From a virus (taxonomy: Duplodnaviria > Caudoviricetes), in the IMG/VR virus record IMGVR_UViG_3300012816_000001, positions 1-44,508 of that record: a stretch of 44,508 bases of DNA. The stretch is one strand, 5' to 3'. The stretch's first letter is position 1; each line of letters opens with the position of its first letter. The position numbers were made by a program, and so were the translations under genes. Shown here piece by piece: positions 26,370-40,126 of the stretch. The notes under the pieces were generated by a model that was not told the DNA's origin, did no database searches, and worked only from the letters and a program-made list of their open reading frames with translations.

Positions 26370-26503
26370 CAACCCGGCCAGGTAACCCCACCCCCACCAG
26401 CGCCAGTGCGCGCTGGGTGTCTCCAAGTGCCGCCCATAGCCCCTGTTTGGGCGGCAGTTGAAGCCGCTGCATTGCTTGCTCACTACTTCAGAAAGCTCCA
26501 ACC

Positions 26504-29320
26504 GTGGCATTCCAGCCCATTCAGATCCTGATCAACGCTAAGGACAACGCGTCCGCGGTGTTCCTCAGTCTGCGGGCAACAGTCATTGCCGTGGGCACGC
26601 TGATCGCGTCCTACTTCGGCATCAGTGCCTTCAATGGTGTCGTCAAGGGTGCGGGCGACTTCGAGGCGGCCATGAGCCGCGTCAAGGCAGCCACGGGCGC
26701 CGGGGCAGAGGAGATGGCCAAGCTCACCAAGCTGGCCAAGGATGCCGCCGCATCGTCGGGGTTCTCCAATGTGGAGACCGCTGATGCGCTCACCAACCTT
26801 GCCAAGGCGGGGGCCAATGCCGCCGAGGCCATGGATGCCTTGCCCGGGGTCATCAACCTGGCCCGGGCTGGCGAGGTCGATTTGGCGCAGTCGTCAGAGT
26901 TCCTGACCAAGATCATCGCCGCCATGGGTGGCAAGTTCAGTGACGCTGGCAAATACGCCGACGTGCTGGCCATGGGCGCGAATGCGTCGAACACCAGCGT
27001 CACCGGGCTTGCTCAGGCGCTCAGCTACGCCGCACCAGCGGCCAAGGCCCTGGGGTTGAGCCTGGAGACCACCGTTGGCATTCTGGGCAAGTTTGCTGAC
27101 GGCGGCATTGATGCCAGCCGTGCCGGCACAGCGCTCAATGCCATCCTGTCCCAGTTTCTGGACCCTGCCAGCAAGTTCCGCAATGAACTGGCACTGGCGG
27201 GTATCACCACCACCAACTTTGAAGACGCCCTCAAGCAGCTGGCCGTGGCGGGCCCCAAGGGCGCAAACGCCATCCTGGCCGTGGGTACCGAGGCGGGCCC
27301 AGCGCTTCGCGGCCTGCTCAATCAGGGTGTGGGCGCCCTCAATGAGCTGATCGAAAAGCTCAAGACGTCCGAGGGCAGTGCCGCCGCCACCGCCAAAACG
27401 CTGCGCGACAACCTCAACGGCTCGCTGGGGGCGTTGGGCAACGCGTGGCAGACGGTCAAGGATGTACTGGGAACGCCTGTGCTTCCGGTACTCCGCCAGG
27501 CGGTGGATGAACTCACTGCGTCTTTCCGCAATGCCGTGGCCGATGGCACGGTGCAGCGCTTTGGCGAGGCCATTGCCACGGCCATGCGCAACGGGATCCA
27601 GTTTGTTCGGGATTTCGTTTCCACGGTGGACTTTGGCGTTGTCATCACCAAGCTGCAGGACTTTGCGGATCGCACCAACGAATCGCTCACCAAGGTAGGC
27701 GAGTACGCGACGAACGCAGGAAACGTACTAAAGCTGGCATGGGGCGTGATGACTGCTGGGGTGGATGGCGCAATGGCTGTCATCTACAAGGCTTCGAGCC
27801 TGATTACTGCGCAGCTGGCTGCCATTCAGCTGGGGGCGGCAACCCTGTTGGATTGGTTCTCCAAGATCCCGTTCACCGGCTTGTCGGCACGGTTCAAGGC
27901 GGCAGCTGATGAAATTCGTCTGTCGGCTGAGGCCACGGCGGCATCCAGTGAGGCGCTAGGGAACAAGGCTCGGCAATCCCTGGAAGAATCAGCCAAGGGT
28001 GCTGAGCTGGCGCGCGAGGGTTGGGCTGGTGTCACTAAGGCCATGTCCGAGACGGAGCAACAGGGCGTGCGTACTAGTGCTGCCATTGCCAGGGTGGCGG
28101 AGGAGTTGGGTAAGGGGGCACAGGCCGCTGCGGACTATGGTGTGAGCGTCCAAAAGAAGGCAAACGCAGAGGCGATGGCCTCAATTGCTGCTGCTGATCA
28201 TGCGGACAAGATTGAGTCGCTGCAGAAGCGATATGCCGAACTCAAGGCAGCAGGCGACATCAACGGGGCAATTCAGGTCTTTGATGAGTTGACAAAGACA
28301 CTGCGGCAGGGGGCGTTGACTGCGGATGAGTACGCCAAAAAGATGGCGGCGGTGGCGCAGGAGGTGGAGGATGCATTTAAGTCGCTGGGTGTCACAAGCT
28401 CTGCGGCGTTGCAACGGCAGGCGGATCTATCGGTGCTCAACTACGGGAAGATTCGAGCATCCGGCCTTGCCACAGCCGAAGACCTCTCCAATGCCTTCCG
28501 CAAAGCAGCGGAAGACGCCATTGCAGCCAACAAGGGAATTGCCCCCAGCTGGGTTGAGGCAGAGGCCGCCGCCCGTGGATATCGCATTGTTGTAGACGCG
28601 TCTGGAAAGGCGACGCTGGAACTTGCCAACAAGACCGATGAAGCCACCGGCCGCATGTCCCGTGGCTGGCATGGTGCGCGTGAAGCCATCCAGGCCAATG
28701 CCGATGCCCTGGAAGAAATCAACATGCGGTACAAGCTCACCGCAGATTACACCGAGCGCCAGATTGCTCTGCTGGAGCGCGAGGCCGCCGCCGCAGAGAA
28801 GGCCGCCGAAGCCAAGCGCAAATACTGGAACGTGGACAAAGAGGGCTTCACCCTCGATGCCAACGGCCAGCGCCAGCAGATGACGGTGCCCACGGGTGAA
28901 TTCGTCTTCAACGCTGCCAAGAACGCAGGGCTCAGCGAGGCCGATGCACTCGCCCTGATGGACAAGTTTTTCCAGAACGGCAAGCCCGCCGGCGTGAACG
29001 ATGCCAACGGTCTGAACGGCCCCAGCAAGGACTGGTTCTCCATCGTTGCCGAGGCGATCAGCAAGCTCGTGATCGAGAAGGCCCGCCAGAACGTTGCCAA
29101 TCCGACGGGGGGCTCGAACACCACTGGATCCAGCACGACCACAGAGACCACGCGCCCTGGGCCCGCTGGTGGCGGAAGCGGCTCCGGCTCGGGCATGAGT
29201 TCGGGTGTTTCCATCAACCTCTACCCCGGCGTCGATTTCTCCAGCCGGGCGGAAGCCGAGCGCCTGGCCCGCTTCCTCGCACCCGCCCTCAAAGACCTGC
29301 AGCGCAAGGGCGCGATCTGA
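26504..29320 (+). CDS. Tail tape measure protein (TP901-type)
   Basis: FE.AMS.V.A..GA, L.YAAP.A...G.SLE.T, GI..S.AGT.L; long Ala-rich helical protein. Confidence 0.95.
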   Translation: MAFQPIQILINAKDNASAVFLSLRATVIAVGTLIASYFGISAFNGVVKGAGDFEAAMSRVKAATGAGAEEMAKLTKLAKDAAASSGFSNVETADALTNLAKAGANAAEAMDALPGVINLARAGEVDLAQSSEFLTKIIAAMGGKFSDAGKYADVLAMGANASNTSVTGLAQALSYAAPAAKALGLSLETTVGILGKFADGGIDASRAGTALNAILSQFLDPASKFRNELALAGITTTNFEDALKQLAVAGPKGANAILAVGTEAGPALRGLLNQGVGALNELIEKLKTSEGSAAATAKTLRDNLNGSLGALGNAWQTVKDVLGTPVLPVLRQAVDELTASFRNAVADGTVQRFGEAIATAMRNGIQFVRDFVSTVDFGVVITKLQDFADRTNESLTKVGEYATNAGNVLKLAWGVMTAGVDGAMAVIYKASSLITAQLAAIQLGAATLLDWFSKIPFTGLSARFKAAADEIRLSAEATAASSEALGNKARQSLEESAKGAELAREGWAGVTKAMSETEQQGVRTSAAIARVAEELGKGAQAAADYGVSVQKKANAEAMASIAAADHADKIESLQKRYAELKAAGDINGAIQVFDELTKTLRQGALTADEYAKKMAAVAQEVEDAFKSLGVTSSAALQRQADLSVLNYGKIRASGLATAEDLSNAFRKAAEDAIAANKGIAPSWVEAEAAARGYRIVVDASGKATLELANKTDEATGRMSRGWHGAREAIQANADALEEINMRYKLTADYTERQIALLEREAAAAEKAAEAKRKYWNVDKEGFTLDANGQRQQMTVPTGEFVFNAAKNAGLSEADALALMDKFFQNGKPAGVNDANGLNGPSKDWFSIVAEAISKLVIEKARQNVANPTGGSNTTGSSTTTETTRPGPAGGGSGSGSGMSSGVSINLYPGVDFSSRAEAERLARFLAPALKDLQRKGAI

Positions 29321-29328
29321 GCCACGCC

Positions 29329-32300
29329 ATGCATTCCATCACCCGCACCCGCATCCTCGGTAACTATGCCAACCTGGCACGCGCTGCGGCCATTGTGGCC
29401 AGCACGCAGCGCGCCAGCACCCAGATCCTCACCATGTCCCGCGCGCGGCGTGGCAATGGATCGCTGGTGGCTGCTGGCCCGTACACGGGCGGCGCCGACT
29501 CGGTGATCGATGTGGAGGTGCTGGGCGGCCCGGATGGCGAAGTGCGCGCCACCGCACCCGTGGTCAACGGCGTTGGCAATGGCACCCTGCAGGTGCAGTC
29601 GGTGGAGGCTGGGGCCGACCCGCAGACCCTGCAATTCACACTGCTGGATGCAGGCAAGGCGCCCGTGCCTGCAGTGCTGGACTTTTTCGGGGTGCAGTTG
29701 GCGGCTCGGGCGGTTGGGGTTTTGGGCAACACCGTGTCGCTCTCGGTGGTCCGTGGTCTGGTGTACACCGACCTGCCGTATGCCACCCTGCAGGCTCTGT
29801 CTGCTGGCTCCAGCTCTTTCGATGGCCCCGAGTTCGACTGGGGCCAGCCCGCCGCGACGGCCGCCGAGATCCCGGCCGGGGCGCTTCGCATTGCATTCGC
29901 AGGCCTGCCCACGGTGCACCGCGCCTGGAAGACCTGGAGCAACGGCAAGTTCTCCTATCAGGTGGACCCTCCGCTGGTCTATCAGGTCCCGGCCGACACG
30001 CGTGTGCGCGCCGTGACTGGCGACTACACCATCACCGTAACCGACGGCACCGCGACAGAGGTCTACAGCGCCGTCACCATGTACGACTTCCTCACCCAGG
30101 TGCAGGCGCGCAGCGCGCTGCTGCAGGTGCTGGGTGTGGTGGCCGAAGACCGCACGCCAGGTGGCCAGGCCGTCACCGACATTCCCCTGCGCACCGATGC
30201 ACACGCGCTGCCGGTCATTGCATCCGCTTCACGCCGCGCCACGCTGCAGGTGGGCGCCGTGTCCCCAACCGCCTCTACAGAAAACATCACGATCACCTGC
30301 ATGGGCCGCACCGACGGCGGCGCTCAGTCGTGGTCTGTATCGGGTGGCGTCAGCGGCCAGTTGCCTGCCGCCTACACGGGCGTTCCCTACGCCGCTGGCC
30401 CCGTGGCATTCACGGTGCCTGTCATCCCGGTGTCTGTGGCCTCGGCTGCGGCCATCACGGGCCGGTTCACTGCAGCCTCTCGCGCTGCGGACGATGGCCT
30501 GCCCGCCATTTGCTTCAAGCCGCTCATCCTCGGAGCGGCAGCCATCGACAAGGAGGTGACCTATGTGTACCGCAAACGGCCGCCAGCGGAGTGCAGTTGC
30601 ACGTCCGCCGCCGCGCTGCCCATCAATCTGGAATGCCTGGGCCTCACGCCTGAAGACGGGGGTGCCATGGACCCCGTAATTCAAACGCGCCTGGTGGACC
30701 TCATGGAGTGGCGTGCCGGTTTCCTCGGCACCAACCTGGCTCTCACGCCGTCCGAACTCACAGAGCACGCGAACCTGCGCGCTGACCTGGGAGACGTGGA
30801 GCTGGCCAATGCCTGTGTCCAGGTCCTGCTGGATGCGCTGCTGGAGGTGTCTGACAACACCGACGCATTGGATGCTTGGGATGCGGCCGTGGTGACCTTC
30901 AAGGCGGAGATGGACACATTTGCCACACTGGTACGCCCGTCTGGCTCGTCCGACGTGGTTGTCGGCCTGGGGGGCTATACGCAGGAGTTCGCCCGCAAAT
31001 ACGGCGCAGCCATGGATCTGTGCCGGGCAAAGGCGGGCATCCTCCCAAAATCTGACGCCAGCAGTTTGCAGGGGAGTCCCTGCTGGCGTGACTACGGCGA
31101 CGCGTATTGGTGGGAAGACGCCGCCGGGTACTACCTCCCCATGTTCACCAATCGCGGCTACGTGTCTGCCCGGCGCGATGCGTCGGGCGCCATCGTCAGC
31201 ACTCGCGAGTTCGGTGTGGGCCTGGTCACGCAGTGTGACCACCGGCTCAAGGAAGGCGATCAGATCACCATCACCATCCGGGGCACGCACAACGCTGCCG
31301 ACTGGATGGAGGGTGATCGGTTCACCATTCCCCTCATCGCTGCCGGATCCGCCCCGCTCACGGGCGGCGCCGATGGCGACCCCACACAAACCTGGACCGT
31401 ACGCAGCTCTACCCTGGGTGCGCTGCCGGACTGGCTCTACAACCCCGACACCCCCACAGAGTGGAGCGACGGGCCTGCCACCGTGGCGCTGCAGCCTGGC
31501 GGCATCCCCTTCGAAGTGGGTGACGCCATTGCATTTGCCATCGAAACCGGCCGCCTGCGCTGGCGCCGCGACGGTGGCGCATGGACCGAGGCCGACATCT
31601 ACGGTGCTGCGCCCCTTGCCCTTGGCGATGGTCTCACGCTGCAGGCTGTGCCAGGCGCTGCCCCTTCGTTCCTTGAGGGCGACGCCTGGCAGTTCAAGGC
31701 CGTGGCTACCTACGGCACGGCCCGCATGCGCCAGCCGCGCGACGGCCAGGCGTTCGCGTGGGATGGCCCGGCTGTCACGCTGGACATTGACCTGGGCAGC
31801 GCCCAGCCGCTGGAGCTGGTCATGCTGGCCATGCACACCATCGCGGCCGGCGCCACGGTCACCATCAGCGGCGGCCTGGCCGCCCCCACTGAGTGGACTG
31901 CTCCTGCGGTCGAACATGCCAAGGTGTTGCTGGCTATGGCCGGGGCTTCGACCGCCCGCTTCCTGCGCGTGGCCATCACCGGGGCGGGTGCCGGGGGCTC
32001 CATCGGCTGGCTGTGGGCCGGGCAGGGCTGGCAGCCCACTGTCACTCCAAGCCGTATCGAGCGCTCCCGCGCCTACGGGCTCTCGCGCGGTCGTGGGCTC
32101 AACCCGGGCGCCATCTATCGTGGTTCGGGCGTGGGCGGCGAATGGGCCTGGGACCTTTCGGGCGGCGGCTCAGTGCTGCTGGGCGATTGCGCGGACGATC
32201 TGATCGAGCTGCTGGACCATGCGGCAGAGCAGGGCATGGAGCCCGTGGCGCTGATCCCCGACCTGCTGGCCCCGCGCGATGCGTCCGTGGCCATTGTGGA

Positions 32301-32397
32301 CGCGGACCAGATCGGCATGGAAGAGGATCTCAACTGGCAGTCCACCGGCCAGCGTGCGGTGTCTCTCACCCTGCCCATGCGGGCTGTACTGGCGTAG
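29329..32397 (+). CDS. Large virion/tail-tip protein (1022 aa), family not recognised
   Basis: Follows the tape measure; beta-rich ends with a central helical, Cys-flanked segment. Confidence 0.8.
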   Translation: MHSITRTRILGNYANLARAAAIVASTQRASTQILTMSRARRGNGSLVAAGPYTGGADSVIDVEVLGGPDGEVRATAPVVNGVGNGTLQVQSVEAGADPQTLQFTLLDAGKAPVPAVLDFFGVQLAARAVGVLGNTVSLSVVRGLVYTDLPYATLQALSAGSSSFDGPEFDWGQPAATAAEIPAGALRIAFAGLPTVHRAWKTWSNGKFSYQVDPPLVYQVPADTRVRAVTGDYTITVTDGTATEVYSAVTMYDFLTQVQARSALLQVLGVVAEDRTPGGQAVTDIPLRTDAHALPVIASASRRATLQVGAVSPTASTENITITCMGRTDGGAQSWSVSGGVSGQLPAAYTGVPYAAGPVAFTVPVIPVSVASAAAITGRFTAASRAADDGLPAICFKPLILGAAAIDKEVTYVYRKRPPAECSCTSAAALPINLECLGLTPEDGGAMDPVIQTRLVDLMEWRAGFLGTNLALTPSELTEHANLRADLGDVELANACVQVLLDALLEVSDNTDALDAWDAAVVTFKAEMDTFATLVRPSGSSDVVVGLGGYTQEFARKYGAAMDLCRAKAGILPKSDASSLQGSPCWRDYGDAYWWEDAAGYYLPMFTNRGYVSARRDASGAIVSTREFGVGLVTQCDHRLKEGDQITITIRGTHNAADWMEGDRFTIPLIAAGSAPLTGGADGDPTQTWTVRSSTLGALPDWLYNPDTPTEWSDGPATVALQPGGIPFEVGDAIAFAIETGRLRWRRDGGAWTEADIYGAAPLALGDGLTLQAVPGAAPSFLEGDAWQFKAVATYGTARMRQPRDGQAFAWDGPAVTLDIDLGSAQPLELVMLAMHTIAAGATVTISGGLAAPTEWTAPAVEHAKVLLAMAGASTARFLRVAITGAGAGGSIGWLWAGQGWQPTVTPSRIERSRAYGLSRGRGLNPGAIYRGSGVGGEWAWDLSGGGSVLLGDCADDLIELLDHAAEQGMEPVALIPDLLAPRDASVAIVDADQIGMEEDLNWQSTGQRAVSLTLPMRAVLA

Positions 32398-32406
32398 GGG
32401 GCGGGC

Positions 32407-32679
32407 ATGTACGAACTTCGCATCCACACTGTTCCGCCCCTGGTCTTCGCAGGCGCCACCCTGGCGCAGGTAGGGCAAGAGCATTCGGCCATCAACGGTG
32501 AGGTGCCCGGCATCACGCTGTCGGTGGACAACGCACGCGGCCAGCACACCCAGCTGGTGGCCACGGCAGACGCATTGCGCGCCCAGGCCGAACTGCTGCG
32601 CGACGGCGACGTGTTGTACACAGGCGCCGTGCAGTCCGTGGTGCTGGGCGCCAGCATCGAGTTTGGATTGGAGGCCTGA
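32407..32679 (+). CDS. Small tail protein
   Basis: Operon position and codon usage. Confidence 0.7.
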   Translation: MYELRIHTVPPLVFAGATLAQVGQEHSAINGEVPGITLSVDNARGQHTQLVATADALRAQAELLRDGDVLYTGAVQSVVLGASIEFGLEA

Positions 32680-32683
32680 CGCC

Positions 32684-33958
32684 ATGGCCGCCCAACTGCT
32701 CCTCACCGACAAGCTGCCGCTGCGCCGCGCGTCCGATCTGCCCGGCTACCGTGCCGACGTTGCGGACAAGCTGCTGCCCTGGGTGTTTGGCCGCGCCACG
32801 CTCTCGCCCGTGCCCATCGATCTCGTGGGGCAGGATTGGATCGTGGCTGATCACCCCATCGTCAGCATCGAGCGGGTCACCATTGCTGGCAAAAAGACCG
32901 AGGGTTGGCAGCTCGCCCAGCGGCTGGACGCCACGGGCCATCCCATCGCCGTGCTGCGCCTGGCCCAGCCCACCACCAAGGAGGCTGTAACCGCAACGGT
33001 GGTTGGTCGCCGCCACCCGCAAACCGGTGCAGCGCTCACAACGCCAGGCCCCATCGTGCGCGAGATCATGCGCCTGTGCGGCCGTGTGCAAGACGTGGAT
33101 GCCTGGGCTGGCCTGGACGCGGCCTATGGCACTCTGGAGCTGGGGCTGGTGTTTGATGCCCAGGTCACTCTGCGCGAGGCCCTGGCCGCCGTGGTGGAAC
33201 CCCTGGGGGCGATGTGGCGCCCGGGCTGGGCTGAGCCGCGCGCATTGGGCGAACCTGTGGCCGTGCTGGATGCTCGTTCGGTAGAAACCATCTCCGCCCG
33301 TGTGGAGGCCTCGGGCATGGCCACGGTGGCCCGCGTCACCTACTTGCAGGACTGGGCGGCCAGTGCCGCACGCGGCGCGCAGGAGATCGCTGCGCCCGAT
33401 GCAGTGGAGCGCTGGGGTGATCTGCCGGTGGACATGGCTTTGCCCGGTGTGCGCCGCGCCAAGGACGCGCTGGCCATCGCATCCGCTCGGCTGGCAGACA
33501 TGGCCCGCGTGCCCTGGGTGGTCACCGCCACCGTCGATGCGTCCCGAGTCGGCGTGCTGGTGGCAGGTCAGACCGTGCAGCTGGCTCACCCGCACGCGCC
33601 CACCGGCCCCGCGCTGCTCACATCCGTGGTGTCTGACCGTGAGGCGGGCCAGTACAACCTCACGGCCAGCATGCACACCGCAAGTGCCCCGCGCGTGGAG
33701 CTTCGGCGCCGTCATACCGCCGTGGATGCTGCGGAGGGCGGCACCACCGGTGTGACCTACCGCGACGGGGTGGCCACGTTCACGGTGTACGACGACAGCG
33801 GACTGCCGCTGGCGGGTGCCGCTGTAACGTTCGATGGCTTGTACACGGCCAACACCGACGCCGAGGGCCGGGTGCAGTTCCGTGCTGAGCGCGGTGCACA
33901 CACGCTCACCGTGCGCATGCCCGGGTACGCTGATTTTGAGATGGATGTGGTGGTATGA
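32684..33958 (+). CDS. Tail hub/tip-like protein with C-terminal carboxypeptidase-regulatory-like domain
   Basis: LPWVFG; C-terminal V.D..G.PLAGA.V......TD.EG...F...G...LTV..PGY. Confidence 0.75.
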   Translation: MAAQLLLTDKLPLRRASDLPGYRADVADKLLPWVFGRATLSPVPIDLVGQDWIVADHPIVSIERVTIAGKKTEGWQLAQRLDATGHPIAVLRLAQPTTKEAVTATVVGRRHPQTGAALTTPGPIVREIMRLCGRVQDVDAWAGLDAAYGTLELGLVFDAQVTLREALAAVVEPLGAMWRPGWAEPRALGEPVAVLDARSVETISARVEASGMATVARVTYLQDWAASAARGAQEIAAPDAVERWGDLPVDMALPGVRRAKDALAIASARLADMARVPWVVTATVDASRVGVLVAGQTVQLAHPHAPTGPALLTSVVSDREAGQYNLTASMHTASAPRVELRRRHTAVDAAEGGTTGVTYRDGVATFTVYDDSGLPLAGAAVTFDGLYTANTDAEGRVQFRAERGAHTLTVRMPGYADFEMDVVV

Positions 33959-34557
33959 CAGTCATCCAGCGCACCCCCAATCTCGGTCTGGGTATCCGTA
34001 TGCAGCGCCTGCCCACGGCAGCCCCTGTTGCTGCTCCGACGCCCGGCGGTGGCGAGGGTGGCCCCGCGCGTGTGGCCCTGCTGCCGGACCTGGTGCCCGT
34101 GGCGGCCGAGTATTACTACGACCCCGATACCGGCGCCCCCCTGCGCGCAGGCTCGGGCTTGTGGTCGCTGCAGGTGCTGCGTCCAAAGTTCAGCGGATGG
34201 GGTGTGGTGGGCGGATATGTCCAGATCCAACCGCCGTATGCCGAAGGTGACGGAAAGCCCACAGTGCGCGCGATTGCCTTGGGCGCTGGCTCTGGCGATG
34301 TCTCCTGGTCCTGGACTCTCGATACCCCGCCGTTCCCATCCACCAGCTACATCGCATGGTGGGACGGCGTGAGCGTGGTGGTGCAAGACGGGTCTTTGAA
34401 GATCACCGTGCTGCCCGGAGAAATCGAGGACTGGGCAGATCCCTGGTGGGCCACCTTGACGTGCACAGCCTCCGTGGCTGGCAGCGTGGTGGGCAGCATC
34501 GTGTTGCGGCCAGGTTTCAACATTGACGACGTGGCAAGCCTGCCGCCGCTGGGGTAA
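33955..34557 (+). CDS. Hypothetical tail-associated protein
   Basis: ATGA-coupled; beta-rich. Confidence 0.65.
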   Translation: MTVIQRTPNLGLGIRMQRLPTAAPVAAPTPGGGEGGPARVALLPDLVPVAAEYYYDPDTGAPLRAGSGLWSLQVLRPKFSGWGVVGGYVQIQPPYAEGDGKPTVRAIALGAGSGDVSWSWTLDTPPFPSTSYIAWWDGVSVVVQDGSLKITVLPGEIEDWADPWWATLTCTASVAGSVVGSIVLRPGFNIDDVASLPPLG

Positions 34558-34560
34558 GCC

Positions 34561-37803
<3,243 letters not shown>

Positions 37804-37847
37804 TCGACTCGCGGCGCACACAAACAACAACCAACCAGAGGGAGCCC

Positions 37848-38273
37848 ATGCCAGAACCTGTTTCATCCACCGCAGCGGGCGTGCTGACAGTGGCCACCGC
37901 CACGGCCGCCAGCTCCGTGATCAGCGCGTTTGGCGTATCGCTGGGCCTGCGGGTTGATGTGTTGATCGCGGGCTTTGCCGGTGCGCTGGTGGCCATCATC
38001 CTGCTCAACGCAGTACCCGGCAGCAGCGACACCTGGCGCGAGCTGCTGCGCACCACTGTGCGACGCATGTTTGTGGCTATTGCCAGCAGTCTCACAGCGG
38101 GCTACCTGGCACCGCTGGCCCTGTTGGCTGCGCAGCTGCCCGACAGCCTGCTGCTGGGCGGTGCCTTTGCCGTGGGCGGCGGTGCACAGCAGGTGCTGGT
38201 GTTCGCCATCAAGCGCATCAGCGGCCAGGTGCAACCCGCGCCGCAGCAGCCCGGGGGAGGTGCCACGCCATGA
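37848..38273 (+). CDS. Putative holin
   Basis: GGGAG RBS; 3-4 hydrophobic helices; first gene of the lysis cassette. Confidence 0.7.
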   Translation: MPEPVSSTAAGVLTVATATAASSVISAFGVSLGLRVDVLIAGFAGALVAIILLNAVPGSSDTWRELLRTTVRRMFVAIASSLTAGYLAPLALLAAQLPDSLLLGGAFAVGGGAQQVLVFAIKRISGQVQPAPQQPGGGATP

Positions 38274-38569
38274 CCACCGCAACGTCACTTATCACCGCGC
38301 TGGCCGTGGTGCACTGGGTGTCAGGCCTCATCGTGCTGGCCGAGGCCCTCAACAAGCTGGAGCGTACAGCCCCTTGCAGGCGCGGCCTGCCAGCGCGCGA
38401 GCGCGCCACCGAATGGCTCAAGGCCATCGCCTGGGGGCTGCTGGCTGTGGGCGGCGCTGGCGCACTCATCACCCCGCTGCTGCCGCTGGAGCAGCCCACG
38501 CTGCAGGACGCCTGCGTGCTGCTGGGGTTTGCAACGCTCATCGTTCGTACCCGCGTCAAGGAGGGCTGA
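38270..38569 (+). CDS. Second membrane lysis protein (holin/antiholin-like)
   Basis: Three hydrophobic helices, basic C-terminus, ATGA-coupled. Confidence 0.65.
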   Translation: MTTATSLITALAVVHWVSGLIVLAEALNKLERTAPCRRGLPARERATEWLKAIAWGLLAVGGAGALITPLLPLEQPTLQDACVLLGFATLIVRTRVKEG

Positions 38570-38570
38570 C

Positions 38571-39119
38571 ATGCTCACTGCACCACAACTGCGCGCCGCC
38601 ACCGGCTGCACCGCCGCCAGGGCTGATGATTGGCTGCCGCACATCATCAAGTCCTGCGAAACCTTCGCCATCAACACGCCTGCCCGCCTGGTCTGCTACT
38701 TGCCCCAGATCGGGCACGAATCCGGCCGCCTCGCGTACGTGCGCGAAATCTGGGGGCCCACGCCCGCCCAGCAGCGGTATGAGGGCAGGGCAGACCTGGG
38801 CAACACCCAGCCCGGGGACGGCAAACGCTACATGGGGCGCGGCCTCATCCAGACCACTGGCCGCGCCAACTACCGCGCCACCTGCGACGGCCTGGCCGCG
38901 TACCTGCCCAACGTGCCCGATCTGGAGGCCTTTCCCGCCCTGCTGGAGCGCCCCGACCTGGCTGCCATGAGCGCCGCCTGGTTCTGGCACAGCCGCGAGC
39001 TCAACACCTTTGCCGACCTGGGCGACTTCATCCGCATCACCAAGCGCATCAACGGTGGCACCAACGGCCTGGCCGACCGGCTGGCGCTGTATGAGGCGGC
39101 AAAGGCGGTGCTGCTGTGA
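38571..39119 (+). CDS. Endolysin, glycoside hydrolase family 19
   Basis: QIGHESG, GDG.RY.GRGLIQ.TGRANY, SAAWFW and INGG.NGL.DR. Confidence 0.95.
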   Translation: MLTAPQLRAATGCTAARADDWLPHIIKSCETFAINTPARLVCYLPQIGHESGRLAYVREIWGPTPAQQRYEGRADLGNTQPGDGKRYMGRGLIQTTGRANYRATCDGLAAYLPNVPDLEAFPALLERPDLAAMSAAWFWHSRELNTFADLGDFIRITKRINGGTNGLADRLALYEAAKAVLL

Positions 39120-39493
39120 TGCCCGCCATCAACCCCATGCTGGTGATGCTGGGAATCAGCCTCGCCGCCAACGGCCTGCTGGGCTGGGCCTATCTGGGCC
39201 AACGCGACGACACCGCAGTGGCAAAGACCGCCCTGCGCGACATGGAGGGTCAGCGCGACGGCGCCCGCCAGGCGGCCAGCGCCTGCAGCGACAGCGTGGA
39301 CGACCTGCGCGAGCTGGCGGACAAGCGGGCCCGTGATGCCGCGCCCGCCCGGGCCGCCGCCGCCAGCGCTGCCCAGGGGCACAACCAGCGGGCAGATCTG
39401 ATCTTGTCCACCCCTGCGCCCGTGCTGGGCGATGCTTGCGCCAGCGCCCAGGCCCGGGTGGACGAATGGCTCAAGGGGAGGGCGAAGCAATGA
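39116..39493 (+). CDS. i-spanin (Rz-like)
   Basis: N-terminal TM + Ala-rich coiled coil after the endolysin. Confidence 0.8.
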   Translation: MMPAINPMLVMLGISLAANGLLGWAYLGQRDDTAVAKTALRDMEGQRDGARQAASACSDSVDDLRELADKRARDAAPARAAAASAAQGHNQRADLILSTPAPVLGDACASAQARVDEWLKGRAKQ

Positions 39494-39783
39494 AAAGTGC
39501 TATTGCTTTGATAGCTACTTGCGTTCTATCTGCCTGCGGTACACGCGGAAATCATGTGGAAATCCAGCGCGTGAGCGTGGCTGTGCCCGTGGAGTGCAAG
39601 GAGCCCATACCGGCCCGGCCTGTGATGCCGACCGAAGCCCTGCATCCGGGGGCAGATGTTGACCAGTTCGCCCAGGCGGCGACGGCAGAAATCGAGCGCC
39701 GCGAGGGGTACGAGGTGCAGCTGCGTGCGGCGCTCGCGGTGTGCACCCGGCCAGTTCAGGGCGTTGTGGAAGGGGGGAAGTAG
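39490..39783 (+). CDS. o-spanin lipoprotein (Rz1-like)
   Basis: MKSAIALIATCVLSAC lipobox; V.VPV.C...P.RP Pro-rich region. Confidence 0.85.
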   Translation: MKSAIALIATCVLSACGTRGNHVEIQRVSVAVPVECKEPIPARPVMPTEALHPGADVDQFAQAATAEIERREGYEVQLRAALAVCTRPVQGVVEGGK

Positions 39784-40043
39784 GGCAGGACCAAAAGAAC
39801 GGCGGTGACAGCCGCCGCTAGAGCAGCACAAAACGCACCGCGCGCGCCGTACGTTGCTTGCGTCTTCATGGCGTCGCCAAGTGCTTCAATCATCCGAAAC
39901 GACATTGAATTTTTCATCGCAGGCGATACGTTCGGATTTTCGTACTCTGGCACCTTTACGAGCGCCGAGCGCAGCCAGTAATAGGCGGCGGCTGCCGAAA
40001 ACACGATCACTAGGATGTTGCATGCTTGAATTGCCCATTGCAT
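39756..40043 (-). CDS. Small two-TM accessory protein
   Basis: GGGAG RBS; two hydrophobic helices (..AAAYYWLRSA.V..; ..GAFCAALAAA..). Confidence 0.6.
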   Translation of the reverse strand: MQWAIQACNILVIVFSAAAAYYWLRSALVKVPEYENPNVSPAMKNSMSFRMIEALGDAMKTQATYGARGAFCAALAAAVTAVLLVLPYFPPSTTP

Positions 40044-40126
40044 ATCTAAAGTCTCCCGTGTCGAGATTGAGCACTGCGAAGGCCTCCTGCGCACGGTGCC
40101 AGCCGCATACACAGAATCATCCGAAC

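Noticed and set aside
29221-33901. Long minus-strand ORFs over tail genes (e.g. 30229-31917, 32513-33901)
   Set aside because: Typical antisense shadows of GC-rich genes without RBS or coupling, unlike the three early-operon cases.
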